Source: Polyangiales bacterium (GTDB taxonomy: Bacteria; Myxococcota_A; Polyangia; Polyangiales; Polyangiaceae). Taken from it: a stretch of DNA of 60,925 nucleotides. Shown here one piece after another: positions 46,688 through 56,538 of this stretch; the first letter of the stretch is position 1, and the number at the start of each line of letters is the position of its first letter. A program made the position numbers and the translations under genes. The stretch is from the NCBI GenBank assembly GCA_038230375.1, contig JBBRNJ010000057.1, positions 1-60,925 of the forward strand. Reading direction: 5' to 3'. The notes under the pieces are model-generated. The model was given only the letters and a program-made list of their open reading frames with translations. It did no database searches and was not told where the DNA came from.

Positions 46688-48409
46688 TCAGCCGCGCGCG
46701 GCTGCCGCTGCGACCGACAGGAGGCGGCCCCATGTGGGCTCTCGCTCGAATGCGAAGAGGCGCTCTCCGACGTCCTTCAGGCGGCGATGATCGGAGAAGT
46801 ACGGCGGGATGACGGGCGGTCTGAAGGGCGCGTAGACCACGGATTTTTGCGGATGATCGAAGAGGAACGTGTTGTGGACCACGCCCTCACCGCTGGTGAT
46901 GTCCTTCGGGTCCGCGCCTGGGAACGCGCCCCAGGTCGGTGAAGCAAGGCCGTAGATGAGGCCCGGCCAGCAGTTCACGCCAATGCCTCCGTAGCGCAGG
47001 TCCGCGACCGCCTTGTCCACCGCGGCCGCGTTCACGCGCTGCGTCTCCGGATGGACGAGCAGCGTGCACGACAGCGTGCCCCAGCACGAGTCGTTCGCGA
47101 ACGGCACCGCGTGCGCCAGGAAATGCGCAGGCGTGACGAACGCCGGGTCCACCGTCTTGCCGACGACGGTGTCCTGCAGGTCCAGCGTGGTGACGGCGAG
47201 CACGCCGCAGAACGCCTCGTTCGTGAGCGCGTATTCGCCCTTCTTCGCAGGCACGTCGTGGATGAGCGTCCACGGCACGACGCCGTCGCCGGTCTGGCCC
47301 AGCTCCTTTGCGTTCGGGTAGGCGTCGCGGAATTTCTTGAAGCGATCCTCTGCGCCCGGATAGTACGCCTTGCGCGGGGCTGCCTTCGCGAGCGCACGCT
47401 CCACCTCTTCCAGGAAGAGCTCGCGCTGGAGCCAGCCACGTGCGACCACGAGCACCTTCGCCGCGTTGCAGTTGAAGCTGCCGTTCTGCGTGACCATCGC
47501 GGCGATGTGGCGCGCCTGGTAACGGATGTCGCGCTCGCTCCAGGGCCCAGGCACCACCAGGATGGGCGTCACGCAGCCGAGCTCCGCGGAGAACGGTTTG
47601 TCGTTCGCCTTCTCGTTCTTGTTCTTCCGCTCCTCGCGCCCTTCCGGTGCGCCCCACACGATCGCGTCGTACGTGCGGTCCGAGCCGGTGACGTGGAGCG
47701 AACCCACGTGCTCGTTCTTCGCGGCCTCCGCGCCGACGTCCGCGCCGCCATAGACGATCTCCAGGTAGCCCTCCGCGATGAGCGGCGCGAACGCCTCCTC
47801 CAGGAACGGGCCCACGACCTCGTTCACGGGGTTCATCTTGAGGAGCACGACCTCGTTCTCCGCGAACAACTTGTAGAGTACATCCATTGGCGGAATGGAC
47901 GACACATTGCCGCCACCGAGCACGAGCGACACGCGTCCCTCGCCCAGCGCCACGCGCCCCGCCTCCGTGTCGCCGCCGCGATAGATGCGTCCACGCGATG
48001 GCGTCTCGCCCGGAGTCATCCACACCTCTGCACGCACGCCGCCCAGCATCAGGCGATCCATCGTGGAGAGCGGGAACACGGTGGCGACCCACTGACCGTC
48101 CGCGCGCTTCGTGGTCTTCACGCGCCGCTCGCCCTGCGAACGCAGCGTCTCGAGCAAGAGGCGAATATTGCGCTGCGTGGTCACGGGGCCAGCGAGCCAC
48201 TCCTCACCCACGAGCTGACTGTCCGGCGCGATGCCCTTCACCTTGCAGACGGCGGCGACCCACGCATGCGCGACCTTCTCGAGACCGTCCGAGACCTTCT
48301 CGAGCAGGGCGACGCGCGCGTCCACGCCGACCTTTGTCCACGCGTCCTTCTTGGCGTGGAGGCGATCGATCTTCGCGACGAGCGCGTCCGTTTCGGTGTG
48401 CATGGCCAA
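46688..48409 (-). CDS. Aldehyde dehydrogenase family protein
   Basis: GGGN, K.NPVN, HVTGS, AELG, N.SFNC (catalytic Cys), EAFC.VL. Confidence 0.85.
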   Translation of the reverse strand: MAMHTETDALVAKIDRLHAKKDAWTKVGVDARVALLEKVSDGLEKVAHAWVAAVCKVKGIAPDSQLVGEEWLAGPVTTQRNIRLLLETLRSQGERRVKTTKRADGQWVATVFPLSTMDRLMLGGVRAEVWMTPGETPSRGRIYRGGDTEAGRVALGEGRVSLVLGGGNVSSIPPMDVLYKLFAENEVVLLKMNPVNEVVGPFLEEAFAPLIAEGYLEIVYGGADVGAEAAKNEHVGSLHVTGSDRTYDAIVWGAPEGREERKNKNEKANDKPFSAELGCVTPILVVPGPWSERDIRYQARHIAAMVTQNGSFNCNAAKVLVVARGWLQRELFLEEVERALAKAAPRKAYYPGAEDRFKKFRDAYPNAKELGQTGDGVVPWTLIHDVPAKKGEYALTNEAFCGVLAVTTLDLQDTVVGKTVDPAFVTPAHFLAHAVPFANDSCWGTLSCTLLVHPETQRVNAAAVDKAVADLRYGGIGVNCWPGLIYGLASPTWGAFPGADPKDITSGEGVVHNTFLFDHPQKSVVYAPFRPPVIPPYFSDHRRLKDVGERLFAFEREPTWGRLLSVAAAAARG

Positions 48410-48431
48410 CTCTTACCCTGAATCTTCCGAT

Positions 48432-49508
48432 TCAGATCACGCCGGCTGCGACTTTATCGATGAACTCGTCCACGGCGCCGAACAGGTCCTGGTTCCCATT
48501 TTGCGTGTAGGATGCAAGGTTCTTCCGGCATTCCGGGACGACCTCCAGGAACTCGTGCACGGTCTTCGGCTCGCGCAGGTCGACGGCGCCGCGGCCGTAG
48601 CCGAGCTTCGTGAGGTAGCGCGCGTTGAGCACCTGCTCGAACTGGCGGTCGAGCGGGATCGCGAGCATGGGCTTCTGGAGATACACGGCTTCGCCCATGA
48701 GCGTGAAGCCGCCCCCGGCGATCACCGCGCGTGACGTGGCCAGGTCCTTGATGAACCCTTCCTCCGAGAAGGGCATGAAGCGAAGGTTGTCCTGTCGCTC
48801 CTCCGCCGTGATGCCGCGCTTCATGCCGTAGATGCGCATCTCCACGCCGGTCTTCTTGAGCGTCTCGGAGAGGCCCTCGTTGCCCTCCGCCGTCTGATAA
48901 ACGAGCACGTGCTCGCCGTCCTCGCGCTTGGCCGCCAGGATCTCGGGCCGCAGGATCGGAGGGAAGAGCCGCGTCTTCTTTCGCCGGACCTCCGGGCGGA
49001 AGAACGTGGTGATGAAGTACTCCTCGCACCACGGCAGCTTCGTCTTGATGAACGCGCGCGTGAGCTGGAACTCGGTCTCGCAGCCTTCCAGGATGTCTGG
49101 CGTGTGCGTGGCGCGGTTGATGATCTGCATGTTGTCGATCGACAGGATCGGGATGCGATGCATCTGGCCGTAGAGGTAGGTCCACGACTCGAAGTCGCTG
49201 ATGACCAGGTCCGGCTTGAACTCGCGGATGAGGTCGAAGTAGGCCGCGATGTTTCCGGGCAGGCCCGTGGCGCCGGTGGACACGTTCGACCAGAGGGTCT
49301 TGCCAAGGCGTACGCGGTTGTCGTCGTAGATCATGTGCAGGCCGTGGATCTTGTTCACGCCCTCGAAGCGCTTCTTCAAGAAATCAGTCGCGCGGCCCGA
49401 CGCCATGATCTCAACGTCGTGCTTTTGCGCTACCAAGTGCTCGAGCACCACGCGCGAGCGCATTGCGTGCCCCATGCCTTCGCCCACCACGCCGTAGAGT
49501 ATTTTCAT
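48432..49508 (-). CDS. MJ1255/VC2487-family GT-B glycosyltransferase
   Basis: MKILYGV.GEG.GHA.RS, PDLVISDFE, GGGF.LMGEA..L.KP, QFEQ..NA. Confidence 0.88.
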   Translation of the reverse strand: MKILYGVVGEGMGHAMRSRVVLEHLVAQKHDVEIMASGRATDFLKKRFEGVNKIHGLHMIYDDNRVRLGKTLWSNVSTGATGLPGNIAAYFDLIREFKPDLVISDFESWTYLYGQMHRIPILSIDNMQIINRATHTPDILEGCETEFQLTRAFIKTKLPWCEEYFITTFFRPEVRRKKTRLFPPILRPEILAAKREDGEHVLVYQTAEGNEGLSETLKKTGVEMRIYGMKRGITAEERQDNLRFMPFSEEGFIKDLATSRAVIAGGGFTLMGEAVYLQKPMLAIPLDRQFEQVLNARYLTKLGYGRGAVDLREPKTVHEFLEVVPECRKNLASYTQNGNQDLFGAVDEFIDKVAAGVI

Positions 49509-50538
49509 GCCGGACGAGCATAACGAAAGCAGCCTTCGCGTCTACGCGGAGACGCTCTCCCCGGCAGAGGTGGCGCGGCACGGGGGTTTGCTGCGGCGTT
49601 TTGGCTGCGATCTGGTGCTGGCCGTGCGCCCGTTCGACCTGGACGAGATCGCTCTTGCGGTACGCACGCTCGAGGACGCTGGAGTGCGCGTTGCGCTGTG
49701 GCCCATGATCGAGGACGCGAAGGGGCGTTGGCCCAGCGTGAAGAACGCGGACGCATGGATCAGGTACGCGGAGGAGGTGCTGCGCGTGCTGGAGAAGGCG
49801 CGCGCTCCGCTGCGTGAGGTGCTCTTCGATCTGGAGCCGCCGTTCGGGAGCGTGCGCGCGCTCACGCCAGGCCACTTCTCACCGGCTGCGCTCGTGCGGA
49901 TGACGAAGCGCGATCGGCACGCGCAAGGTCGCGCGGCGCTCGTGTCCTTCCGTCGCGCCTTGAAAGAGCGCGGGATCATCGTGTCCGCGGCGATCGTGCC
50001 GCTCTGCGTGTTCTCACCGCGGTGGGAGCGCGTGCTCGGCACACCCGTGACGGCGGTGGATGCGGACCTGCCCAGCGTCATGGCGTACACCACGATCTAC
50101 GAAGGCTGGTCGCGCGGCGTGTTCTCGCGCAGCGACGCGCTCACGCTGCTGGCCGTCACTGCGCGCCGCACCGTGGAGGCATATGGCCCGCGCGCGGGGC
50201 TCTCGCTGGGCACGGTGGGCACGGGCGCGTTCGAGGACGAGCCGATCTACCGTTCGCCCGACGAGCTCCTCGCAGACGTCGTGGTCGCGCGTCACGCTGG
50301 GGTTCACAAGCTCACGCTGTTCGACCTGGGTGGCGTCACACGGCGCGGCCCTCCCGAGGCGTGGCTCGAGGCGTTCACCGCGGACCGCTCCTCCGTTCCG
50401 AAGGCACCTCTCATCCCGATCTCCGAGTCGAATCGCATGCGGCTATTTCGGTGTTCGATCGAGGGACGCTGGTCCGCGATCGACGCTGGAACGGAATCGT
50501 GCAATGTTTCGAAGGTGGTGGGCCGGAGACGCGAATGA
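49507..50538 (+). CDS. Hypothetical protein (possible glycoside-hydrolase-like TIM barrel); start uncertain
   Basis: Good codon bias; LWP, FDLEP, SVMAYT, LFDL. ATGA overlap with the next gene. Confidence 0.6.
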   Translation: MPDEHNESSLRVYAETLSPAEVARHGGLLRRFGCDLVLAVRPFDLDEIALAVRTLEDAGVRVALWPMIEDAKGRWPSVKNADAWIRYAEEVLRVLEKARAPLREVLFDLEPPFGSVRALTPGHFSPAALVRMTKRDRHAQGRAALVSFRRALKERGIIVSAAIVPLCVFSPRWERVLGTPVTAVDADLPSVMAYTTIYEGWSRGVFSRSDALTLLAVTARRTVEAYGPRAGLSLGTVGTGAFEDEPIYRSPDELLADVVVARHAGVHKLTLFDLGGVTRRGPPEAWLEAFTADRSSVPKAPLIPISESNRMRLFRCSIEGRWSAIDAGTESCNVSKVVGRRRE

Positions 50539-51740
50539 TCAAGAAGACCCTTCTCGCAGCATGTCTTGGTGGCCTCGTGGCGTGCGCTTCGGGAAGCGGG
50601 AGCCCAGGGGAGCACCTGGGCGAAACCGATGAGTCGATCATCAAGGGGAAGGCCTCGACCGCGGCGCAGGACGCCGTCGTGCTGATCTTCATCTACGACC
50701 CCAACAGCGGCTTCGCCGCGTCGTGCACCGGCACGTTGCTCACGTCGAAGCTGGTGCTCACCGCCAGACACTGCGTCTCTGACACCGACGAGACCGCCAT
50801 CTGCGCCGTCAACGGGACGCCCATCTCCGGTGGCACGGTCCGCAGCAACCGGGCCGTCGCGCAGTTCAACATCTACACGGGCGTGAAGTCGCCGGACTTC
50901 AACTCGGGCATGCTCCCGGTCGCGGCCGCGGGCGCGGCAAAGATCGTCACGGATGGAAGCAAGAACCTCTGCAACCACGACGTCGCGCTCATCGAGCTCG
51001 ACAAGGAGATCCCGAGCGCCACGATCATGCCGATCCGTCTGGACAGCGCGGTGACCAAGGGTGAGGCGGTGACGTCGATCGGCTGGGGCGTGACCGCGAC
51101 CACGCAAATGCCGACGACCCGTCAGCAGCGCTCTGGCGTCATCGTGCAGGCCGTGGGGCCCGTGGACGGCCAGCTCGTCGTCTCCCCGAACGAGTTCCAG
51201 GTGGGCGAGTCCATCTGCTCTGGTGACAGCGGCGGTCCTGCCGTCGCTGCGAGCGGCGCGCTCGTCGGCGTGGTGTCGCGCGGCGGCAATGGTCAGATGC
51301 CATCCATGAGCAACCCGGCGCTCGCATGCGAGGGCTCGTCCGCTACGAACCTCTACACGGAGCCTTCGCCCTTCAAGGACCTCATCGTCAACGCCGCGAC
51401 TGAGCTCGGACAGCAGGTATGGATCGAGGGCCAGCCCGATCCGCGCCTGGCGCCCGACGGAACGGCGTGCACTGCAGACACCGACTGTCAGTCGACCCAC
51501 TGCTACGGCGGCAAGACGTGCGCGGCGGACTGCTCGGTCAACGCCTGCGAGAGCGGCTACACGTGCAACGGCGACAAGCTGTGCATCAAGGCCTCCGCGA
51601 CGACCACGACCAAGTCTGGCTGTGCTGCGGCTCCCGCGCCCGGCGCGAACGACGCGGGAAATACAGCCCTCTTCGGCGGTCTGGTCGCGTTTGGCATCGT
51701 GCTGTCTGCGCGTCGTCGCCGAGCATCAAGACGCCCATGA
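50535..51740 (+). CDS. Trypsin-like S1 serine protease, lipoprotein with a MYXO-CTERM-type tail
   Basis: LVAC; IIKG; CTGTL; LTARHC; HDVAL; GDSGGP; GC...hydrophobic...RRRR. Confidence 0.9.
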   Translation: MIKKTLLAACLGGLVACASGSGSPGEHLGETDESIIKGKASTAAQDAVVLIFIYDPNSGFAASCTGTLLTSKLVLTARHCVSDTDETAICAVNGTPISGGTVRSNRAVAQFNIYTGVKSPDFNSGMLPVAAAGAAKIVTDGSKNLCNHDVALIELDKEIPSATIMPIRLDSAVTKGEAVTSIGWGVTATTQMPTTRQQRSGVIVQAVGPVDGQLVVSPNEFQVGESICSGDSGGPAVAASGALVGVVSRGGNGQMPSMSNPALACEGSSATNLYTEPSPFKDLIVNAATELGQQVWIEGQPDPRLAPDGTACTADTDCQSTHCYGGKTCAADCSVNACESGYTCNGDKLCIKASATTTTKSGCAAAPAPGANDAGNTALFGGLVAFGIVLSARRRRASRRP

Positions 51741-53668
51741 AGGGAGCGTTGGGGAAGGCCCATCCGTTTCCGTACTACGGAGAGGGAAGCGCACGGCCGA
51801 TCCGCGAGAAGGACGGACTCCTTGTCCTCGTGGTCTTCAACGGCACGCTCTCGCCCGCCGCGGCAACCGAGATCGCAGCCTCTGCGCCGGCGCCGCTTCG
51901 CGCAGATGTGAAGAAGGGGCGCTTCTGGCTCGCGCTCGAGAGCAGCGACGTCCTTGCAGCTGACATTCGAGCGTGGGCGCGGGCCGAGAAGATCACGCTC
52001 GGCAAGAGCGCGGACGCGGCGTATGCGCACCTGGGCAAGGCGCTCACGACGTGGACCCAGAAGGTGCATCGCGAGCACCCCGTAGCGCTGCTCTTCGTCG
52101 GCTCCGACGGAAAGCGCGGGTCGTGGCATACCGAGACGGTGAAGCGCTTCGCCGACGCCGTTCGCCCGGTGATCGAGCGGCTCCGCGCCGCGGGCGCAAA
52201 CGATCACGCCGACTGGATCACGGCGAGCTTCCTTCGCGATGGGGCCACGGGCTCGTTCGAGGACATCCGCGGCATGGCGGAGGAGGACGGACCACAGCTC
52301 GGCGACATTGGCCAGCGCTTCCGCCTTGCGATGCCGCTCGTAGCTGCGCTCGGGACTGCGTCGCTCTCGGCGCTGGGTCCCTATGGCGAGCTCGGATTCT
52401 GGGCGTCCGCGCCCGCGTCCGACCTGGTGACAGATCCTGGGGCGCATGCGACGCGCCTCGTCTCTCTCGCCGACGCATGTCCGAAGAGGCGCGTCTTCGC
52501 GGTGCAGCGGGCGCTGGTCATCGCGGCTCGTCGTCTGGTGAGCGTGTCGCTCGACGCGGCGCTTGTGATCGCGTCTCGGGCGGCCCGGTCTGCTCCGCTG
52601 ACTGTAGGCATGCTCGACCTGCTCGTCGACGCGGCCCGCAAGGCCGGAGGCGCGAAGATGGCCGTCGCGATCGCCCGTCCGTTCCTGCAGAAGACCGTGA
52701 AGGCGACCAACGCGACGCCGCGCACACATGAGGAAGAGGCCGCCCTCGCTGCGTTGTTCGCGATGACCGCGGAGCTCGAGAAGGACGTCAAAAAGGCGCC
52801 CGACGACCAGGTGAAGGCGGTGCTCGCCGTGGCACCGAAGCCAGCGCCGAAGGAGCAGCCGGTGAAGGGGGCTACGCACCCGCACCTTGCGCGACTCAAC
52901 ACGGACCGGCTGACGGTGAGCTATCGCGGCTCGCTCGAGCCACAGCTGGTGACGATCGAGCTCAAGGGCTCCGGGCGGACCGAGCTCGCGCTGCACTATG
53001 CACGCAACGTCGAGAGAGTCGTCGACATGATCACGTCGGGCCTCGCTGGCGCGGGCTCGTTCGCGCCGGAGGTCGGTGAAGCGGAGATCGTGAAGGCGCC
53101 CGCTCCGTCGAACGACGGACCCGACTTTGCGTGGAAGCTGCGCGTTCGTGGCGTGGGGCCGTGCTTCTGGGCGGTCGCGCTCGACCAGCTCGCGAATCCC
53201 TGGAATTCCTACAACGGAACGCGTGACGTGAACGACTGCGCAAGGCACATCAGCATCGTGGGCGATCTCCCGATCGATGGCTCCTCCGCCTCTGCCCGCA
53301 CCAAGGACGTGGTCGCATGGCTTCGCAATCCGGCGCAGGCGTTTCAAGCATGGCCCGAGCCCCCGTTCGAGGTGGTTGCAAAGGCCGCGAAGAGCCCCGC
53401 CTTCGTGCTGAAGCCCAGGAAGATGTCGAAGTCGCTCGGCGAGTCTGCGGGTGACTGCAGCTACAGCCTCGTTGCCGTGCTCGAGGCGCATCCGAAGGCC
53501 GGCAGGCTCAATGGAACGAGCAGCCCGGTGCCGAGCAAGACGCAGGTGAGGGTGCCTTTCTACAAGCTCAGTTGTCCATCGGCTGTCGCCCGCGGCCCTG
53601 TGCTCAACATGGCGCGTCGCATTCATTTCCGTGTGACCCCGCTGACGCTCGTCGAGCTCGCGTTCTAG
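51737..53668 (+). CDS. Hypothetical protein (643 aa, no recognised domain)
   Basis: ATGA coupling to the protease gene, coding-like composition, and it fills the gap between the two proteases. Confidence 0.7.
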   Translation: MKGALGKAHPFPYYGEGSARPIREKDGLLVLVVFNGTLSPAAATEIAASAPAPLRADVKKGRFWLALESSDVLAADIRAWARAEKITLGKSADAAYAHLGKALTTWTQKVHREHPVALLFVGSDGKRGSWHTETVKRFADAVRPVIERLRAAGANDHADWITASFLRDGATGSFEDIRGMAEEDGPQLGDIGQRFRLAMPLVAALGTASLSALGPYGELGFWASAPASDLVTDPGAHATRLVSLADACPKRRVFAVQRALVIAARRLVSVSLDAALVIASRAARSAPLTVGMLDLLVDAARKAGGAKMAVAIARPFLQKTVKATNATPRTHEEEAALAALFAMTAELEKDVKKAPDDQVKAVLAVAPKPAPKEQPVKGATHPHLARLNTDRLTVSYRGSLEPQLVTIELKGSGRTELALHYARNVERVVDMITSGLAGAGSFAPEVGEAEIVKAPAPSNDGPDFAWKLRVRGVGPCFWAVALDQLANPWNSYNGTRDVNDCARHISIVGDLPIDGSSASARTKDVVAWLRNPAQAFQAWPEPPFEVVAKAAKSPAFVLKPRKMSKSLGESAGDCSYSLVAVLEAHPKAGRLNGTSSPVPSKTQVRVPFYKLSCPSAVARGPVLNMARRIHFRVTPLTLVELAF

Positions 53669-53735
53669 CCAGAACGAGGCTCGCAGGCGCACGGGCATCG
53701 ATTCTTTCGCGAATCCGTGTCACCGTTTGTCTGGA

Positions 53736-54962
53736 ATGGTGACGCGGCTTCTCCCTCTCGGCATGGTCGGTGCGCTGATCGCGTGCGCCGCTTCGTGCTC
53801 CGCGCCACCGGTGGAGAACGTGGGCACCGCGTCCGAGGCGATCGTGAAGGGCAAGGACTCCGACGCGTCGCAGGACTCCGTGGTCCTCATCATGATCTAC
53901 GATCCGACCATCCCGCGGACCGCGTTCTGTTCGGGCACCCTCATCACTCCCCGGCTGGTGCTCACGGCCAGGCACTGCGTGTCCGTCACCGACGAGGGCG
54001 CAGCATGCGACGTGAGCGGAAAGGCCATCAGCGGCGGGCGCGTGTTCTCCGATCGCGCAGTGTCCCAGTTCTTCATCTTCACGGGGACGAACGCGCCAGA
54101 CCTGAGCGCACCCACGTTCGTGGCGGACGCGAGGGCGACGAAGATCATCTCGGACAACACGCCGAACTTCTGCAACCACGACGTCGCGCTCATCGCGCTC
54201 GACCACGACGTGACGAAGATCAAGCCCGCCCAGGTGCGCCTGGACTCCGGCGTCGCGAAGGGCGATCAGATCAACGCGGTCGGGTGGGGCTACACCGACT
54301 CAGGCAAGCTCGCCGCGGTGCGACAGCAGCGTCCAGGCGTGGCCGTGCTCAGCGTGGGGCCGCAGGCAGAGTCCACCGGCAACGTGTCGCCGAACGAGTT
54401 CGAGGTGGGTGAGTCCTTCTGCCAGGGCGACAGCGGCGGCCCTGCGTTCGCCACCACGGGCGCGCTCGTCGGCGTGGCGTCGCGCGGCGGCAACGGAATG
54501 GATCCTGCGGGAAATCCAGCGGCTGCGTGCGAAGGCGCCGGCACACTGAACCTCTTCACGAGCTCGGCGCCGTTCAAGGACTTCTTGATCAAGGCCGCGA
54601 AGGGTCAGGGTCAGAACGTGTGGATCGAGGGCCAACCCGATCCCGCCACGCTCACGGCCGATGGCGCCGCGTGCGGGCAAGACGCGGAGTGCCAGTCCGG
54701 GCATTGCTACAGCGGCAAGACGTGTGTCGCGGACTGCTCCGTGCTCGCGTGCGCGAGCGGCTTCACGTGCACGCAGAGCCACGAGTGCATCAAGCCCGGC
54801 GTGACGACGACGGCGCCAAAGAAGAAGAGCGGCGACTGCTCCGTCTCGGGCGTCACGCCCGGCGCGTCAGGCACCTCCAGCACGTCGCGCGCGGGCGCAT
54901 GGGGTGGACTGGTCGCATTCGCGCTCGTGCTCGCGTCACGCCGTCGTCGCCGCGCTGCGTGA
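53736..54962 (+). CDS. Trypsin-like S1 serine protease paralog with a MYXO-CTERM-type tail
   Basis: IVKG; CSGTL; LTARHC; HDVAL; GDSGGP; ...GGLVAF.L...RRRRR. Confidence 0.9.
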   Translation: MVTRLLPLGMVGALIACAASCSAPPVENVGTASEAIVKGKDSDASQDSVVLIMIYDPTIPRTAFCSGTLITPRLVLTARHCVSVTDEGAACDVSGKAISGGRVFSDRAVSQFFIFTGTNAPDLSAPTFVADARATKIISDNTPNFCNHDVALIALDHDVTKIKPAQVRLDSGVAKGDQINAVGWGYTDSGKLAAVRQQRPGVAVLSVGPQAESTGNVSPNEFEVGESFCQGDSGGPAFATTGALVGVASRGGNGMDPAGNPAAACEGAGTLNLFTSSAPFKDFLIKAAKGQGQNVWIEGQPDPATLTADGAACGQDAECQSGHCYSGKTCVADCSVLACASGFTCTQSHECIKPGVTTTAPKKKSGDCSVSGVTPGASGTSSTSRAGAWGGLVAFALVLASRRRRRAA

Positions 54963-54966
54963 GTCA

Positions 54967-56445
54967 TCAGAGGCGCAGCGTCACGTTCAGCACGATGCGA
55001 TCGTCGGTGCGCCGGAGATCCGGAGTGAACGTGCCGAGCGCGCCTGCCGCGGGCAGCTGACCGCCGGGCCCCGTGATGCCACCGGCGCCCGAGAAGAGCG
55101 GCTGATTGGCCCAACGGTGCGAGTACTCCAGGCGCGTGAGCAGCCACGGGCTGGGCCAGAAGTCGAGCGTGGTGGTGCAGCCCACGCCCCAGAACGGGCT
55201 CGTGCCGTTCCACGGATACGGGGAACCTACAGGGAATTTCGGCGAGATCGCCTGCGTCTCGTCGTAGAGGAAATCGCCGCGCGCGGAGGCCTTCCATTTC
55301 TCGGTGAGGTCCCAGCGGTTGGTGAGCGCGGCGCCCGCGATCGCACCAGAGGGCGCGTTGCTCCGCTGCTCGTATCCAAAGTCACCGGTGAGTGAGAGCG
55401 CCAGCGAGCGCAGGAACGAGGCGTCCTTGTTCTGGTAGTAGCGGACCTGGACGTTGTTGTCGGAGAAGACGCGCACCGAGCGCGGATCGTTCTGCGCCTC
55501 CTGTCCCGCGTACGTGGAGTTCACGAGCGAGAGCCACTCGGTGGGCCGGTAGTTCCAGAGGTAGCCACCCGCGCGCCCCTCGTGCCACTGGCCGAAGGAC
55601 TGCCAGCCGTTGACGAGCCACAGCTCGATCTTCTGCTTCTGCGTCGGGAAGACCTGCGTGCGCGAGCCGAAGAAATAGTAGGGCGTAGCGTCGGCGCTGA
55701 ACGTGTGCGTGTAGGCCCAGTTCTCCTCGGGCAGGTAGCTCTCCAGACCGATGTACGACGGAAAGATGCCGAGCTCCGTGTTCACGCCGTGCAGCCAGTG
55801 GAAATGCCAGCCAGCGGCGGCCTGCTGCACGTACTGGAGCAGGCGGTTCGTGAGGAAGAACCCACGCGTGGTGGTCTGATCCTGCCCGGCGACCGTCTCG
55901 ACGGTGGAGCCATACTGGATATAGAGCCGGCCGGTGGGACCATCGAGCCCGGTCACGTCGACGCCAATGTGCGCGAGGTTCAGCGAGATCTCGTTGTGAC
56001 GCGGCGCGGTCGTGGTCGGGAAGATCGTGTGGTCCCGCGGACCGTGGCCCTGCAGCGCAAAGTACGTATCGACATAGAGCGACCACGTGATGGGCCCCTG
56101 CGTGAGCAGAGAAGCGGGCTGCGTGTTCCCACCATTCATCCAGGAAAAATCAAACTCACCAAAAGGAGGCTCGAGAACGTCGAGAGGCTTCGGAGCAGAA
56201 GTCGAAGGCGAGGTCGAGGTCGAAGGCGAGGGCGAAGTCGAGGTCGAGGTCGAGGTCGAGGTCGAGGTCGGTGTCGAAGTCGGTGTCGAAGTCGAAGTCG
56301 GTGTCGAAGTCGGTGTCGAAGTCGGTGTCGAAGTCGGTGTCGAAGTCGGTGTCGACGTCGATGTCGGTGCTGTCGTCACTGCTGTCGTCGGTGTCGCCGG
56401 GATCAAATCCGTGGTCTGCAGCAGCAGTATGAGAGTCAGGCTCAC
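54967..56445 (-). CDS. Outer-membrane beta-barrel protein (BBP2/OmpL-like porin) with a Thr/Ser/Pro N-terminal repeat
   Basis: DFSWMNG, YVDTY, LNLA..G, GIF.SYIGLES, TPYYF.G, LVNGWQ, alternating strands, terminal NVTLRL. Confidence 0.8.
   Translation of the reverse strand: MSLTLILLLQTTDLIPATPTTAVTTAPTSTSTPTSTPTSTPTSTPTSTPTSTSTPTSTPTSTSTSTSTSTSPSPSTSTSPSTSAPKPLDVLEPPFGEFDFSWMNGGNTQPASLLTQGPITWSLYVDTYFALQGHGPRDHTIFPTTTAPRHNEISLNLAHIGVDVTGLDGPTGRLYIQYGSTVETVAGQDQTTTRGFFLTNRLLQYVQQAAAGWHFHWLHGVNTELGIFPSYIGLESYLPEENWAYTHTFSADATPYYFFGSRTQVFPTQKQKIELWLVNGWQSFGQWHEGRAGGYLWNYRPTEWLSLVNSTYAGQEAQNDPRSVRVFSDNNVQVRYYQNKDASFLRSLALSLTGDFGYEQRSNAPSGAIAGAALTNRWDLTEKWKASARGDFLYDETQAISPKFPVGSPYPWNGTSPFWGVGCTTTLDFWPSPWLLTRLEYSHRWANQPLFSGAGGITGPGGQLPAAGALGTFTPDLRRTDDRIVLNVTLRL
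56201..56368. repeat. G(T/G)CG(AA/AG/GT) hexamer array, 28 units, in frame in the porin gene (PTSTSTPTST...)
   Basis: Read directly from the sequence. Confidence 0.95.
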
Positions 56446-56503
56446 GCGCCGTGATCACCACGCTTTGACTCCAAGGGGAAGGACGATGCGCGCGTTTGGC
56501 TGC

Positions 56504-56532
56504 TTGACAACGTATAAGTGATCGCTTATATG
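56504..56532 (+). promoter_or_regulatory. sigma70-type promoter TTGACA-N17-TATATG overlapped by the palindrome TATAAG-TGATCG-CTTATA (candidate ArsR operator)
   Basis: -35 at 56504-56509, palindrome at 56513-56530, GTG 6 nt after the -10. Confidence 0.7.
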
Positions 56533-56538
56533 TTGTGG

